Positions 10,501 through 21,275 of a stretch of DNA of 64,000 nt are shown here, piece after piece; positions within the stretch are counted from its first letter, which is position 1; the number at the start of each line of letters is the position of its first letter. The stretch spans positions 32,001 to 96,000 of the forward strand of contig CAVYRH010000010.1 of assembly GCA_963770835.1 (NCBI GenBank). Direction: 5' to 3'. A program made the translations under genes and the position numbers. Origin of the DNA: an uncultured Pseudomonadota bacterium (GTDB lineage Bacteria; Oederibacteriota; Muellerivitia; Muellerivitales; Muellerivitaceae). Under the pieces are notes generated by a model, which was not told the DNA's origin, ran no database searches, and saw nothing but the letters and a program-made list of their open reading frames with translations.

Positions 10501-11757
10501 ATGGACGAAGATAAAACGATGATCGTCAAGATGGCTTTCCTCTACGTGCAAAGCGAGGAATGGTACAAGGCCATCGAGGAATACAAAAAACTCCTCCGGA
10601 TGGACCCCTATGACCCCCACCTCTACAACATCATGGGCGACGCCTACGCCAAGAAAAAGGATGATAAGGATGCCTTCGAGGCCTACCAGGAGGCCCGCGA
10701 GCTTTACGCCAAACTGGGAAACATGAACAAGGTGGCCGCCATCGACAAGAAGGTGGCCAAACTTTCCCCGGACCGGATGGACCTCCCACAAAAGCGCCTT
10801 TTTATTTCCATCACCAAAACCCAGGAAGCGGAGCGGCTGGCCGCCGAGGGGAACTTCGAAGAGGCGGTGGCTTATTTCCAACAGCTTATCGCAGCCGAGC
10901 CCATCAATTTCTCCTACCGGGATAAACTAGCCAACCTTTTCCTGGAAAACGCCCATGTTTCGGAAGCCGTGGCCCAATTGAAGGCCGTGGCCGATATCCA
11001 CCTGTCCGAGGGCCGGTTGGATGCCGCCCTGGCCTATGCGGGCAAGATTTCCCTCATCGACCCGGAGGGAATTGACACCGTCCGGTTGATGGCCGTCCTG
11101 GCCAAGAAAAAAGGGGATATGGAAGGGGTGGCCAAGCATTACGGAAAGCTGGCCCAGTTGGCTTTCGACGCGGGACACTACGAGGAAGTCTGCAGCGCCA
11201 TCGAGGAAGCCCTGCCGGCGGGAAGGATGGATTTGAAACCCCTTCTGGCGAAAGTTCTCCTGGCCTTGAAAAAACACGCCGAGGCCAAACAACACCTGGA
11301 AGCCCTGTTGAAGGAATTCCCCGGGGACGAGGCCCTCCTGGAACAATTGCTGGCCATTTCTGAGGAAACCAAGGATTGGAACGGCGCCCACACCCATATC
11401 CTGGCCTTGCTGCAAATAAGGCCGGACAACCCCAAGCTCCAACCGCGCCTGGCCCGCGTTCTCTTACAAGTGGGCAAGCGGCCGGAAGCCCTGCAGATTT
11501 ACATGAACCTGGCCCTGGCCGCCCTGAAGGAAAACAAGGTGGAGGTGGCCTTCACTTATTTCGACTCCATCCTAGCCCTGGATCCGGACAACGTCGAAGT
11601 GCTCAAGAAAAAGGCGGAGTTTTACCTGAAGCTGGGCAAGAAGCAGGAAGTCATCGATACGTATAAAAAATTGCAGGCCGTCTTCACCCAGAAAAAAATG
11701 ACTGAGGAAGCCAAAAGGGTGGGGATGATCCTCACCAAGCTCGCTGGCTTGAAATAA
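10501..11757 (+). CDS. Tetratricopeptide repeat protein
   Basis: Repeated helical TPR-like units ending in DP/EP motifs (LRMDPYD, AAEPIN, LIDPEG, ALDPDN). Confidence 0.8.
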   Translation: MDEDKTMIVKMAFLYVQSEEWYKAIEEYKKLLRMDPYDPHLYNIMGDAYAKKKDDKDAFEAYQEARELYAKLGNMNKVAAIDKKVAKLSPDRMDLPQKRLFISITKTQEAERLAAEGNFEEAVAYFQQLIAAEPINFSYRDKLANLFLENAHVSEAVAQLKAVADIHLSEGRLDAALAYAGKISLIDPEGIDTVRLMAVLAKKKGDMEGVAKHYGKLAQLAFDAGHYEEVCSAIEEALPAGRMDLKPLLAKVLLALKKHAEAKQHLEALLKEFPGDEALLEQLLAISEETKDWNGAHTHILALLQIRPDNPKLQPRLARVLLQVGKRPEALQIYMNLALAALKENKVEVAFTYFDSILALDPDNVEVLKKKAEFYLKLGKKQEVIDTYKKLQAVFTQKKMTEEAKRVGMILTKLAGLK

Positions 11758-11761
11758 CCCC

Positions 11762-12061
11762 ATGGCGGCCGAAGCCCCCCTCATCCGTTATCCCAAGAAC
11801 CTTGACGTCAAATGCCTGCGCTGCGGGGCCATGAACATCCCCGAGAATAAAATCTGCGGCCGCTGCGGCGCCAGCCTTCCCCTAGTTTACGACGAGGAAG
11901 GGAAGGTGTTCGATTGGAAGGAAGACCCCTACTACCAGGCCCTCCTCAAAAAACGCGACCGGAACCGGTCCCCCAATCCCGACCAAACGCGGTGGCTTCT
12001 GCGATTTATCATTCTTTTGGCGGCTTTCCTGTTCGCGTTGTATATCATGAGGCACCACTGA
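11762..12061 (+). CDS. Small zinc-ribbon protein with C-terminal TM helix
   Basis: CLRCG...ICGRCGA; hydrophobic C-terminus. Confidence 0.7.
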   Translation: MAAEAPLIRYPKNLDVKCLRCGAMNIPENKICGRCGASLPLVYDEEGKVFDWKEDPYYQALLKKRDRNRSPNPDQTRWLLRFIILLAAFLFALYIMRHH

Positions 12062-12216
12062 AAGGCAGCTCACAGTTCACAGTAACGGCCTCAAATCATG
12101 GCTTCTTCCGTCTTGCTGAGGACTGTGAACCGCCGACTGTCGACTTCCTGATGTTGCCTCAGGGCCCAAAACAAACTAAAATCTCTCTCCATTTCAATAA
12201 GATAGGCATTTCCCCC

Positions 12217-13572
12217 ATGGAATCTTTGTCCCTTCAAACAAACGAAAAAAAGGTATTTCTCGAGACCTTCGGGTGTCAGTCCAACGTGCTCGAATCAGAC
12301 CATTTGGCCACCCTCCTCCTGAAGGATAACTTCGCCCTTACCCCAAAACCCGAGGAAGCCGACGTCATCCTTTTCAACACTTGCTCTATCCGCGAGCACG
12401 CGGAACATAAGGTCTTCTCCCGGCTTGGGCAATTGGCCGAATGGAAAAGGGAGCGGGAAGGCCGCGTCATCGGCGTCCTGGGCTGCATGGCCACCAGCTA
12501 CAAGGACCATTTAATGGAGCGGGCGCCGCACCTGGACATGGTGGTGGGCCCCGACCAGTACCTGAAAGTCCCGGAGACGATCCGGCGGGCCTCGGGCACG
12601 GGCCAAAGCCAGGTTTTGGCCGACTTCGACCCCATCTATTTCCCCGAAAACGACCCCAGCCGGCTTGCCCAGCCCCACAAGGCCTTCCTGGAAGTCATGA
12701 AGGGTTGCGATAAGTTCTGCACCTTTTGCGTGGTGCCTTTCACCCGGGGCCGGGAGGTCTCCCGTCCGGCGGAAAGCATCCTGGAGGAAACAGCCCGGCT
12801 CGCGGGGGCCGGGGTGAAGGAAGTGATGCTCCTGGGCCAGAACGTCAATTCCTATGGTTTGGGGCTCAAGTCGAGGGGCAAAACCCTCACCTTCGCGCAA
12901 CTCTTAAAAGAGGTGGGCCGGGTGCCGGGCATCGAGCGGGTGCGCTTCATGACTTCCCATCCCTTGGACCTGTCCGACGAACTTGTGGAAACCATGTCGG
13001 CGGTACCGGCGGTCTGCGAGTCCTTCCACCTTCCCGTCCAGTGCGGCTCGGACCAGGTGTTGAAGCGCATGGGCCGAAAATACGACATCGCCCATTACCT
13101 GGAGCGGGTGCAAAAGCTCCGCTCCGCCGTCAAGGACCTGTTCATTACCACCGACCTCATCGTGGGTTTCCCCGGCGAGACCGAAGAGGACTTCCAAGGC
13201 ACGTTGGACCTGCTGGATAAGGTCCGCTACGACGCCGTTTACAGCTTCAGGTATTCCCCCCGCCTCGGCACCCCGGCGGCCCGCATGTTGAACCAGGTGC
13301 CGGAGGAAATAAAGGACGAGCGGCTGGCCCGGCTCAACGAGAAGGCCTGGAAACACGCGTCCGAAGCCTGCGAAACCCGCCTGGGAAAGGTGGAAGAAGT
13401 GCTGGTGGACGGCCCCGCGGACAAGACCCCCGGCGCTTTTTACGGCAAGAGCCGGCAGAACCGGACGGTGGTTTTTCCAGGGACGGGTTACCAAGCGGGG
13501 GACAAAGTGAAGGTGAGGATCGAAAGCCACAAAGTCGCGAATCTTTACGGCTCACCGGTCAGCAACGGATAA
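12217..13572 (+). CDS. miaB: tRNA-2-methylthio-N6-isopentenyladenosine synthase (radical SAM)
   Basis: ETFGCQSN, NTCSIREHAE, GCDKFCTFCVVP (CxxxCxxC), LLGQNVNSY, IVGFPGETEEDF, C-terminal TRAM domain. Confidence 0.95.
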   Translation: MESLSLQTNEKKVFLETFGCQSNVLESDHLATLLLKDNFALTPKPEEADVILFNTCSIREHAEHKVFSRLGQLAEWKREREGRVIGVLGCMATSYKDHLMERAPHLDMVVGPDQYLKVPETIRRASGTGQSQVLADFDPIYFPENDPSRLAQPHKAFLEVMKGCDKFCTFCVVPFTRGREVSRPAESILEETARLAGAGVKEVMLLGQNVNSYGLGLKSRGKTLTFAQLLKEVGRVPGIERVRFMTSHPLDLSDELVETMSAVPAVCESFHLPVQCGSDQVLKRMGRKYDIAHYLERVQKLRSAVKDLFITTDLIVGFPGETEEDFQGTLDLLDKVRYDAVYSFRYSPRLGTPAARMLNQVPEEIKDERLARLNEKAWKHASEACETRLGKVEEVLVDGPADKTPGAFYGKSRQNRTVVFPGTGYQAGDKVKVRIESHKVANLYGSPVSNG

Positions 13573-13586
13573 AAGCAGAATCTTTT

Positions 13587-13706
13587 AGCCGCAGATGGAC
13601 ACAGATAAACACTGATAAGGAAAAGACAAATTAATGGGTAAAAATTCAAAAAAATTAAAAGTTCTTTGGTTGATGTATCTGTGTTTATCTGTGTTCATCT
13701 GTGGTT
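13587..13706. repeat. Empty 9-mer-periodic inverted-repeat element (CACAGAT variant)
   Basis: AGCCGCAGATGGACACAGATAAACACTGAT (13587-13616) is inverted to ATCTGTGTTTATCTGTGTTCATCTGTGGTT (13677-13706). Confidence 0.8.
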
Positions 13707-14833
13707 CCCTCATGCCGTTGACTTTGTTTGCTTCCCAAGCAACCCCTGTTGCAGATGACGGCCAATCCCTCTTCGACAGCGCCTTGAAACTCTTCCAGGA
13801 AAAAAACTATAAGAAGGCCAAGGACGAACTGAACCAGCTGGTGGCCAAGTATCCGATGGGGAATTTCGTCCCCGCGGCCCGATTGCTTTTGGCCAATTTG
13901 CAGGAGGATTTCGCCGCTTCCACCGCCCAATTCAAGGAATTGGCTGGCGAATACAGCGACCGCCCGGAGGGAGCGGAAGCCCAGAAGGATTTGGGCGCAC
14001 GATATTACCTCGCGGATAAATATGACGATGCGGCCAATAGCTACAAAGAATACCTGGACAATTACCCCAAGAGCCCCGAAATACCGGAGGTTCGCTATTG
14101 GTACGCTTCCTCGCTTTTGGCTTTGGAGGATGACAAGGGCGCGCTGGAACAATACAAGAAAGTCCTCGACGGCGCCCAAGACAGTCCCTGGGCCCCCAAG
14201 GCATTGCTGGGGATGGGCAACTGTTACTTGAAAATGAAAAAGTTCGGGGACGCCCAGAACCAGTATTTGAGAATCCTGGACCAATACCACCTTTACGACG
14301 AGCTGAACCTGGTCTACCTCAAACTGGGCCAAACCTATGAGGCCGAGAAAAAGTGGAAGGAAGCCCATGCGGCCTACCAGAGCCTGATCCAGCAGTATCC
14401 CCAGGCATTCGAGGTTTCGGAAGCCAGGGACCGGCTGCAGGAACTGGAAAACCAGCGCGCGGATTTGCCCAAAGTGCCCGAAGCCCAGTCCCCGGAGCCC
14501 ACCGCGACCCCGGTTGCCGTGGCGGCTCAACCGACGGTGACCCCCATGCCGGAAGAGACCACGGAGGAATCCAGCTCAACGGCGGGGTCCATTTCCAAGC
14601 CCTTCCACGTGCAGGTAGGGGTTTATTCCAAGAAGTTCAACGTGGACAAGACCCGCAAGGCCATCCAGAAGGCGGGTTACACCTCCTTTGTGGTGACGGT
14701 CCAGCAGGAAGGCGTGCCCTATACCTTTTACAAGGTCCGGGTGGGGAACTTCGCCGACCGGGCCGAGGCGGAGAGGGTGGCCAAGGAACTGGCGCGCAAG
14801 GTGAAGGAAAAAGCCATCGTCGTCGAAGATTGA
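13634..14833 (+). CDS. Exported TPR (BamD/CpoB-like) + SPOR domain protein
   Basis: TPR units ending YP/SP, Pro/Thr linker, SPOR-like FHVQVGVYS...YKVRVGNF.DRAEA. Confidence 0.8.
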   Translation: MGKNSKKLKVLWLMYLCLSVFICGSLMPLTLFASQATPVADDGQSLFDSALKLFQEKNYKKAKDELNQLVAKYPMGNFVPAARLLLANLQEDFAASTAQFKELAGEYSDRPEGAEAQKDLGARYYLADKYDDAANSYKEYLDNYPKSPEIPEVRYWYASSLLALEDDKGALEQYKKVLDGAQDSPWAPKALLGMGNCYLKMKKFGDAQNQYLRILDQYHLYDELNLVYLKLGQTYEAEKKWKEAHAAYQSLIQQYPQAFEVSEARDRLQELENQRADLPKVPEAQSPEPTATPVAVAAQPTVTPMPEETTEESSSTAGSISKPFHVQVGVYSKKFNVDKTRKAIQKAGYTSFVVTVQQEGVPYTFYKVRVGNFADRAEAERVAKELARKVKEKAIVVED

Positions 14834-15300
14834 ACCACAGAGTACACGGAGTACACAGAGTTAAAGATTATGGGAAAACAATATGCGCCGATTCCGGAGG
14901 AAATTAACAAAATCACCGGGGAGATCATTGGGGCGGCTATGGCGGTTCACACTGAACTAGGTCCAGGATTGTTAGAAAGTGTCTACGAGATTTGTTTAAC
15001 TAAAGAACTCCAACTAAAAGGTTTAAGAGTAGAAAGACAACTTCCAGTCCCTGTTACGTATCGTGCTGAGCAACTTGAAGTCGGATTTAGAGTCGATCTT
15101 TTGGAGGAAGGCAAAGTGGTTGTCGAACTGAAAGCGGTTGAAAAAATATTACCAATTCACGAAGCTCAAGTTTTGACTTATTTAAAGCTGACGAATCAGC
15201 GGCTTGGACTTCTTTTGAATTTCAACGTCGTTTCGATGCAAGATGGAATCAAAAGAGTGGTTTTGTGATTTACTCTGTGAACTCTGTGTACTCTGTGGTT
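14833..15300. mobile_element. GxxExxY cassette bounded by ~32-bp inverted arms built of 9-mer repeats
   Basis: AACCACAGAGTACACGGAGTACACAGAGTTAAA (14833-14865) and TTTACTCTGTGAACTCTGTGTACTCTGTGGTT (15269-15300); interior is more AT-rich than the flanks. Confidence 0.7.
14870..15268 (+). CDS. GxxExxY protein (PD-(D/E)XK nuclease-like)
   Basis: IIGAAMAVHTELGPGLLESVYE..L..EL, RVDLL..KVVVELKAV, HEAQVLTYLK, GLLLNF. Confidence 0.93.
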   Translation: MGKQYAPIPEEINKITGEIIGAAMAVHTELGPGLLESVYEICLTKELQLKGLRVERQLPVPVTYRAEQLEVGFRVDLLEEGKVVVELKAVEKILPIHEAQVLTYLKLTNQRLGLLLNFNVVSMQDGIKRVVL

Positions 15301-15316
15301 TAAGAGGTTCGGTGTA

Positions 15317-17944
15317 ATGGATGATCTGACGCCCATGATGAAGCAGTACCTGGACCTGAAGAGGATCCATAAAGATGAAATCCTCTTTTTCCGCCTGGGC
15401 GATTTCTACGAGATGTTCTTCGACGACGCCAAGACGGCCGCCCGCGTCCTCCACCTGACCTTGACCGCCCGGGCCGGGGGCAACAACCAGAAAGTCCCCA
15501 TGGCGGGCATCCCCTACCACGCGGCGGAAAACTACATTTCCAAGCTGGTCAAGAACGGCTATTCCATCGCCATCTGCGAGCAAGCCGAGGACCCGGCCAC
15601 CGCCAAGGGGCTGGTCAAACGCGAGATCGCCCGGGTCATCACTCCGGGCACCATCCTTTCCGCGGCCATGCTGGAGGAGAAAGCCAACAACTACCTAGCG
15701 GCCCTCGTCAGCTCCACCCAAAGCCTGGGGCTGGCCGTGGTGGACGTCACCACCGGCGAGTTCAAGGCCTGCGAACTGAGCGGCCCCGAGCGTTTTTCCA
15801 CCGCCGCCAACGAGCTTTCCAAGTTCAACCCCTCCGAAATCCTGATGCCCCTCACCCAGCCCACCGACGAGCCTTGGGCCCAGCTGTTGAGGTCGGCCAA
15901 CGGGGCCAAACGGTCCCACATGGAGGATTGGAAATTCTCCGCCGACGAGGGCAAGGAAGTCCTGCAGGAGCACTTCCAAGTGAAGTCCCTGGACGGCTTC
16001 GGGCTTTCGGGCCAGGACCAGGCGGTTCGGGCGGCCGGGGCAATTTTACAGTATCTCAAGGAAACCACCCACAGCGTGCTCTCCCACCTAGTCACTCTTT
16101 CCACTTTCCAGGTGGGGGAAGGCATGGTGCTGGACGCCACCACCCAGAGAAACTTGGAAATCATCAAACCCATGCGCGACGACGCCAAGGAAGGTACGCT
16201 TCTTTCGGTGCTGGACGAAACCGTAACTTCCATGGGGGGGCGCCTCCTGAGGCAATGGCTGGTGACGCCGCTGACTTCGGTGTCGCAAATCAAGCGCCGC
16301 CAGGACGCGGTGGAGGAACTTTTGTCCCGGAAAGACGACCGGGAGACCCTCCGGGATTTCTTCAGGGAAGTGTCGGACCTGGAGCGGCTCTCAGGCCGTA
16401 TCGGTTGCGGCACGGCCAATGCCCGGGATATGGTGGCGCTGCGGACCACCCTTGCCCTCCTTCCCAAAATCCACCATCTCCTTTCCGGCTTCAAGGCCCA
16501 GGCCATCAAGGAAAGGGTGGAAGTCTGGGACAACCTGAAGGAAGTCCACCACCTGCTGGAAAAGTCCATCCACGACGAACCGCCCCTGGCCCTCAAGGAA
16601 GGGGGCCTTATCAAGGCCAGTTATAACAAGGAATTGGACGAGCTCAAAAGCGCCTCGCTGGAAGGAAAGAGCTGGATCGCCCAACTGGAGGAAAAAGAAA
16701 AGGCCCGCACCGGCATCGGTTCCCTAAAGGTGCGTTACACCTCCGTCTTCGGCTATTACATCGAGGTCTCCAAGGCCAACCTGGACAAAGTACCCGCCGA
16801 CTACCACCGCAAACAGACGCTCGTGAACGCCGAGCGCTTCATCACGCCCGAACTCAAGGAGATGGAAGGGAAGGTCTTGGGCGCCCAGGACAAGGCCGAC
16901 CGGATGGAATACGAACTTTTCGACGGCATCCGAAACCAGGTGGGCAAGGAACTCTCGCGGCTCCAAAGGGTGGCCCGCACCATCGCTGAACTGGACGTTT
17001 TTTCCTGCATGGCCGCGGTGGCCGACCGGGGGCGCTATGTGCGGCCCGAGGTGGACGACTCCACCGGACTTTCCATCGTGGACGGGCGGCACCCGGTTTT
17101 GGACCGCATCCTCTCCTCCGACCAGTTCGTGCCCAACGACAGCCATTTGGGCGTGGAAGGAGTGGAGATCATCATCCTGACCGGCCCCAACATGGCAGGC
17201 AAGAGTACCTATATCCGGCAGGTGGCATTGTTGGCCCTCATGGCCCAGGTGGGTTTTTACGTGCCCGCCAAGGAAATGAAGGCGGGCATCGTGGACCGCA
17301 TCTTCTCCCGCGTGGGGGCCTCCGACGCCCTCACCCAGGGACAGAGCACCTTCATGGTGGAAATGGTGGAAACCGCCAATATCCTCAACCACGCCACGGC
17401 CAAAAGCCTCCTCATCCTGGATGAGGTTGGGCGGGGAACCTCCACCTTCGACGGGGTTTCCATCGCCTGGGCGGTGGTGGAATATATCGCCCAAAAGCTC
17501 AAGGCCCGCACCCTCTTCGCTACGCACTACCACGAATTGACCCGCCTATCAAACACCTTCCCGAACGTGAAGAACTTCAACATCGCGGTTCGTGAATGGA
17601 ACGAGCAGATCCTTTTCCTGCGCAAGATCGTGGAAGGCGGCACGGACAAAAGCTATGGCATCCAAGTGGCGCGCCTGGCGGGCGTGCCAAAGGAAGTGGT
17701 GGCCCGGGCAAAGAAAATATTGGCGGGCCTAGAAACCGGAACCTTCCTGGGTAAGACCGTCGAGGCCCAGCCTTCCCCCCAACCCGAAACGCCTGAAGAA
17801 GGAACCCTCCCCCAACTCTCCTTCTTCGGCACTGGCGCCAGCCATCCCATTTTGGAGGAGTTGAAGGGATTGGATGTGGACGGTCTGACTCCGAGGGACG
17901 CGTTGAATTTGTTGGGAGAGTGGAAGAAAAAGGTCGAAGAGTAA
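15317..17944 (+). CDS. mutS: DNA mismatch repair protein MutS
   Basis: LTPMMKQY, FFRLGDFYEMF, TGPNMAGKSTY, STFMVEM, LDEVGRGTST, FATHYHEL, SYGIQVA. Confidence 0.98.
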   Translation: MDDLTPMMKQYLDLKRIHKDEILFFRLGDFYEMFFDDAKTAARVLHLTLTARAGGNNQKVPMAGIPYHAAENYISKLVKNGYSIAICEQAEDPATAKGLVKREIARVITPGTILSAAMLEEKANNYLAALVSSTQSLGLAVVDVTTGEFKACELSGPERFSTAANELSKFNPSEILMPLTQPTDEPWAQLLRSANGAKRSHMEDWKFSADEGKEVLQEHFQVKSLDGFGLSGQDQAVRAAGAILQYLKETTHSVLSHLVTLSTFQVGEGMVLDATTQRNLEIIKPMRDDAKEGTLLSVLDETVTSMGGRLLRQWLVTPLTSVSQIKRRQDAVEELLSRKDDRETLRDFFREVSDLERLSGRIGCGTANARDMVALRTTLALLPKIHHLLSGFKAQAIKERVEVWDNLKEVHHLLEKSIHDEPPLALKEGGLIKASYNKELDELKSASLEGKSWIAQLEEKEKARTGIGSLKVRYTSVFGYYIEVSKANLDKVPADYHRKQTLVNAERFITPELKEMEGKVLGAQDKADRMEYELFDGIRNQVGKELSRLQRVARTIAELDVFSCMAAVADRGRYVRPEVDDSTGLSIVDGRHPVLDRILSSDQFVPNDSHLGVEGVEIIILTGPNMAGKSTYIRQVALLALMAQVGFYVPAKEMKAGIVDRIFSRVGASDALTQGQSTFMVEMVETANILNHATAKSLLILDEVGRGTSTFDGVSIAWAVVEYIAQKLKARTLFATHYHELTRLSNTFPNVKNFNIAVREWNEQILFLRKIVEGGTDKSYGIQVARLAGVPKEVVARAKKILAGLETGTFLGKTVEAQPSPQPETPEEGTLPQLSFFGTGASHPILEELKGLDVDGLTPRDALNLLGEWKKKVEE

Positions 17945-20104
17945 TTATGAAAAAAATAATATTTTTTATGGTTGCGATTAGTTTTATTTCAAAAACTTTC
18001 CCTTCTGCCTTACCTGCCTTAATTATTACTGTCACTCCAACAGCTGATAAAGAAGTCGGGCTGTCACAAACAGATAAAAGTTGGTTATTGGTTACTAATA
18101 CGAATTTTTCAAAACGTGAAAATCAAACATCTACGGTTTTCAATAATTCAATTTGGACTATTGGCGGGCAAGATTCTAACAAGTCCCTCCTTCCTGAAGT
18201 TTGGAATTCTATTGATGGTTTGCAATGGCGTTTGGCTGTCGAAAATGTACCTTTTGGTGGTAGAGAAGGCCAAGCCGCTGTTAGTTTCCAAGGAAAATTA
18301 TGGATCATCGGTGGATTGACAAGCAGTGGGTTTTCTAACGACGTTTGGAATTCAAGCGATGGTTTAGTTTGGAAACAAATCGTTTCGAAAGCGCCATTTA
18401 CTCCTAGGGCTTTTCACCAAGTGACTATCTTCTCTGATCAAATTTTTGTTATAGGTGGGGAGACAAGGGAAGGGCCCACAAATGATATTTGGTGTTCAAC
18501 GGATGGGCTCAATTGGTCACAAAAGAGTACTGGTAAATTTCCAGCTCGTGAAAAATTCGCATGTGTAACTACTTATTATAAAAAGGCAAGGCATACAAAA
18601 CTTATTGCCCCCCCACAGCAACTTCGACCACCTGAAATGAAATATACTCTTTATGTTTTGGGCGGATTGACAACGAATGAAAAGATTTTAGGAGATATTT
18701 GGGCTTCTGAGGATGGCATAGAATGGAATGAAATTACAACGGAAGCTAATTTTGGTCCACGCTTTGATTTTTCTGCAATTTTTGATGGGTTATCAAATAT
18801 TTTTGTAATCGGTGGTACCGGATCTGATGGACTTCCCCAAAACGATGTTTGGTTTTCTCATTATGCGGATTCATGGTGCAAGCTCACTGATAAGGCCACT
18901 TTTAGCGCCCGAAGCGGTGCAAATTCCTTGTTTTATAAAAACGAAATGTGGTTATTGGGTGGGGGGACTGATGAAGCAAATAATGGCAATGTTTGGTACC
19001 GCAATGGAGGTGGTTTAGGGTCATGTGTTCAACCCACTGCAACATCCGACACATTAGTCTATCGGATTAAAATGCCAAGACCTCAGGAAATTAATTTTTT
19101 TGCTTCAGATAATGTTAATTCTTCTAAAGTGATTTTGGGTTCTATTGAAAAACAAAAAGACGGAAGTTTTATTGTTGATTATCCAGGTTCAGGTGTTAAG
19201 AGCGTTAAACAAGGTATAAATGATACGGACCATCTAGAATTGGTTTCCGAATTTAATAACGACGGAAAATTAATAAAACGGTATGAACGAGGTGTTACTT
19301 CCGAAGGCGAAAAATATTTTTACGGTTTTGTAGAGGAAAATTATGAAAATGGAAATTCGAAGTACAAAGGGTATTTGGTTCAACACCCATCCAATTTAAC
19401 AAACAATGTTCCCTCTCCGGCGGTTAAAGACGGAGAATGGGCGTGTTGGTATGAAAATGGTCAACTGGCGGTAAAGGGTATTTATACAAATGGGGTTCCC
19501 AATGGTATTTGGTCATATTGGTATCCGAATGGAAATTTAATGGACCGTTATGAACGAGAAATTGGAAAGAACATCTCAACCTTGGAACTTTGGTATGAAA
19601 ACGGCCAAGAATTGTTTAAGGGAAGTTTTGATGAAAATAACCATTATTTCCATTCAGTTAAAGACTCTTTTGATGTGTGGGATCAGATGGGGCATTTAAT
19701 GGCAAATGGCGTAAAAGACAAATATGATCAATATGTAAAATATGAATTGATCTGGCCTAATGGAAAAACAGCGATGGAACTTTCCAGCAACAATTCGGCA
19801 TGTGATGGTTTTGACGTTGCTTTTTATATGCCCGATGGACAATGGATTGTGAAAGGCAATCGAGAAATGGTCGGAGATGGAAATTCTTCCCATTGCGATG
19901 GAGATTACAGTGTCAACAAAGATATACAACTTGGCTCTGTCTTGGATATTCTGAAATCATGGATTGGAATTGAAAATTATTCAAAGCTTGATTCATCCGA
20001 AATCGACGGGGATGAAATCATTTTAAAGTTTCCTGATTGGATTGAAAGTTTTGATGCTGATAAACCCGATGAGTTAGTGGATTCACTTCAAGGATATATA
20101 AGTT

Positions 20105-21275
20105 GTAACCTCTGAAAAACTCCTTCGTCTAAATGCTGAAATATAATAGCAGCATTCCAGACGGAGGGATTCCATGCAAATCAGCTTCGGGATGTACGAG
20201 GACAAGAACCGGCGACTCAAAAAGACCATGCTAGAGGAAGTGGATAAGGTTCTGGACTTTCCGAAGATCGAGAAATTGCTGATGGAAATGTACCGGGGCA
20301 ACACGGGGAGACCTCCCATCCCGCCTTTGATCTTGTTTAAATGCCTTTTGCTGGAATCCTGGTACGGCCTGTCGGATGTGGAAGTAGTCCAAGAAATCCA
20401 CGACCGGCGCAGTTTTGAGCGGTTCGTGGGTGAAGGGGTCCGGGAGTACCACGTCGACGACACCACTTTGGTGAAGTTTCGGGAAAGACTTCGGGAAGCC
20501 GGTTTGATAGACCGGGTTTGGGGGGCAGTGCAACAGGGTTTGGACCGGAAGGGCCTTTTGGTCAAGAAAGGGGCCATTGTGGACTCCACCCTGGTGGAAG
20601 GAGCCTGTAAACCGGAATCCAAGGATCAAGAGGGAAAGCCGGTGGATGAAGATGTTCATTACACCTCCCGGCAAGGAAAAGCCGTGGATGGGATGAAGGT
20701 TCATGTGGGTCAGGACGAGAAAAGCGGCCTGATTCGAAAGATGGATCTAAGTCATATTGAGGAACACGATCACGAACATTTCAAAGACATGGTTCCTCGC
20801 GGGGTAGAACAGGCATTTGCTGACAAGGCTTACCGGTCGGCGCAACACGATGAATATTTGGAGGAACGAGGGATTCGGAATCGAGTGTTACATCGTGTTT
20901 GGCGGGGACAGAAGCTGACCCAGAGGCAATTAAAGCAAAACAAGGTTTGGGGCCGTGTGAGGTGCGGGATCGAGGCGACAATGAGTACCTTGAAGCGGTG
21001 GTGTTCGATGGGACGAATGAGGTACTACGGGATGGCCCGAAACAAGATTTGGGTGTTGATCTGTGGCATCGCATTTAATGGGAAAAGAGCCGTAAAGTTG
21101 GCGGCGGCCTGAGCTAAGGGGAGTTTTTTCAGAGGCAGATGACGCAAGAAGGGTCGAAAAAGGAGTTCTAGGAGTAAGTGCAACACCTTTGGAGAAACAA
21201 AAACATCTCCAAGCGGGGTTGAAAACCCTGGTGAGAAGAGTTTCAAACCAAAACAGGGAGTTTTTCAGAGGTTAC
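20105..21275 (+). mobile_element. IS5-family insertion sequence, 1171 bp
   Basis: Perfect 19-bp terminal IRs GTAACCTCTGAAAAACTCC / GGAGTTTTTCAGAGGTTAC; 5-bp direct repeat AAGTT at 20100-20104 and 21276-21280. Confidence 0.92.
20174..21112 (+). CDS. IS5-family DDE transposase
   Basis: GRPP....FKCLLL..WYGLSD, DDTTL.KFR, IVDST, GMKVHVG.D, ADKAY, R..IE. Confidence 0.92.
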   Translation: MQISFGMYEDKNRRLKKTMLEEVDKVLDFPKIEKLLMEMYRGNTGRPPIPPLILFKCLLLESWYGLSDVEVVQEIHDRRSFERFVGEGVREYHVDDTTLVKFRERLREAGLIDRVWGAVQQGLDRKGLLVKKGAIVDSTLVEGACKPESKDQEGKPVDEDVHYTSRQGKAVDGMKVHVGQDEKSGLIRKMDLSHIEEHDHEHFKDMVPRGVEQAFADKAYRSAQHDEYLEERGIRNRVLHRVWRGQKLTQRQLKQNKVWGRVRCGIEATMSTLKRWCSMGRMRYYGMARNKIWVLICGIAFNGKRAVKLAAA

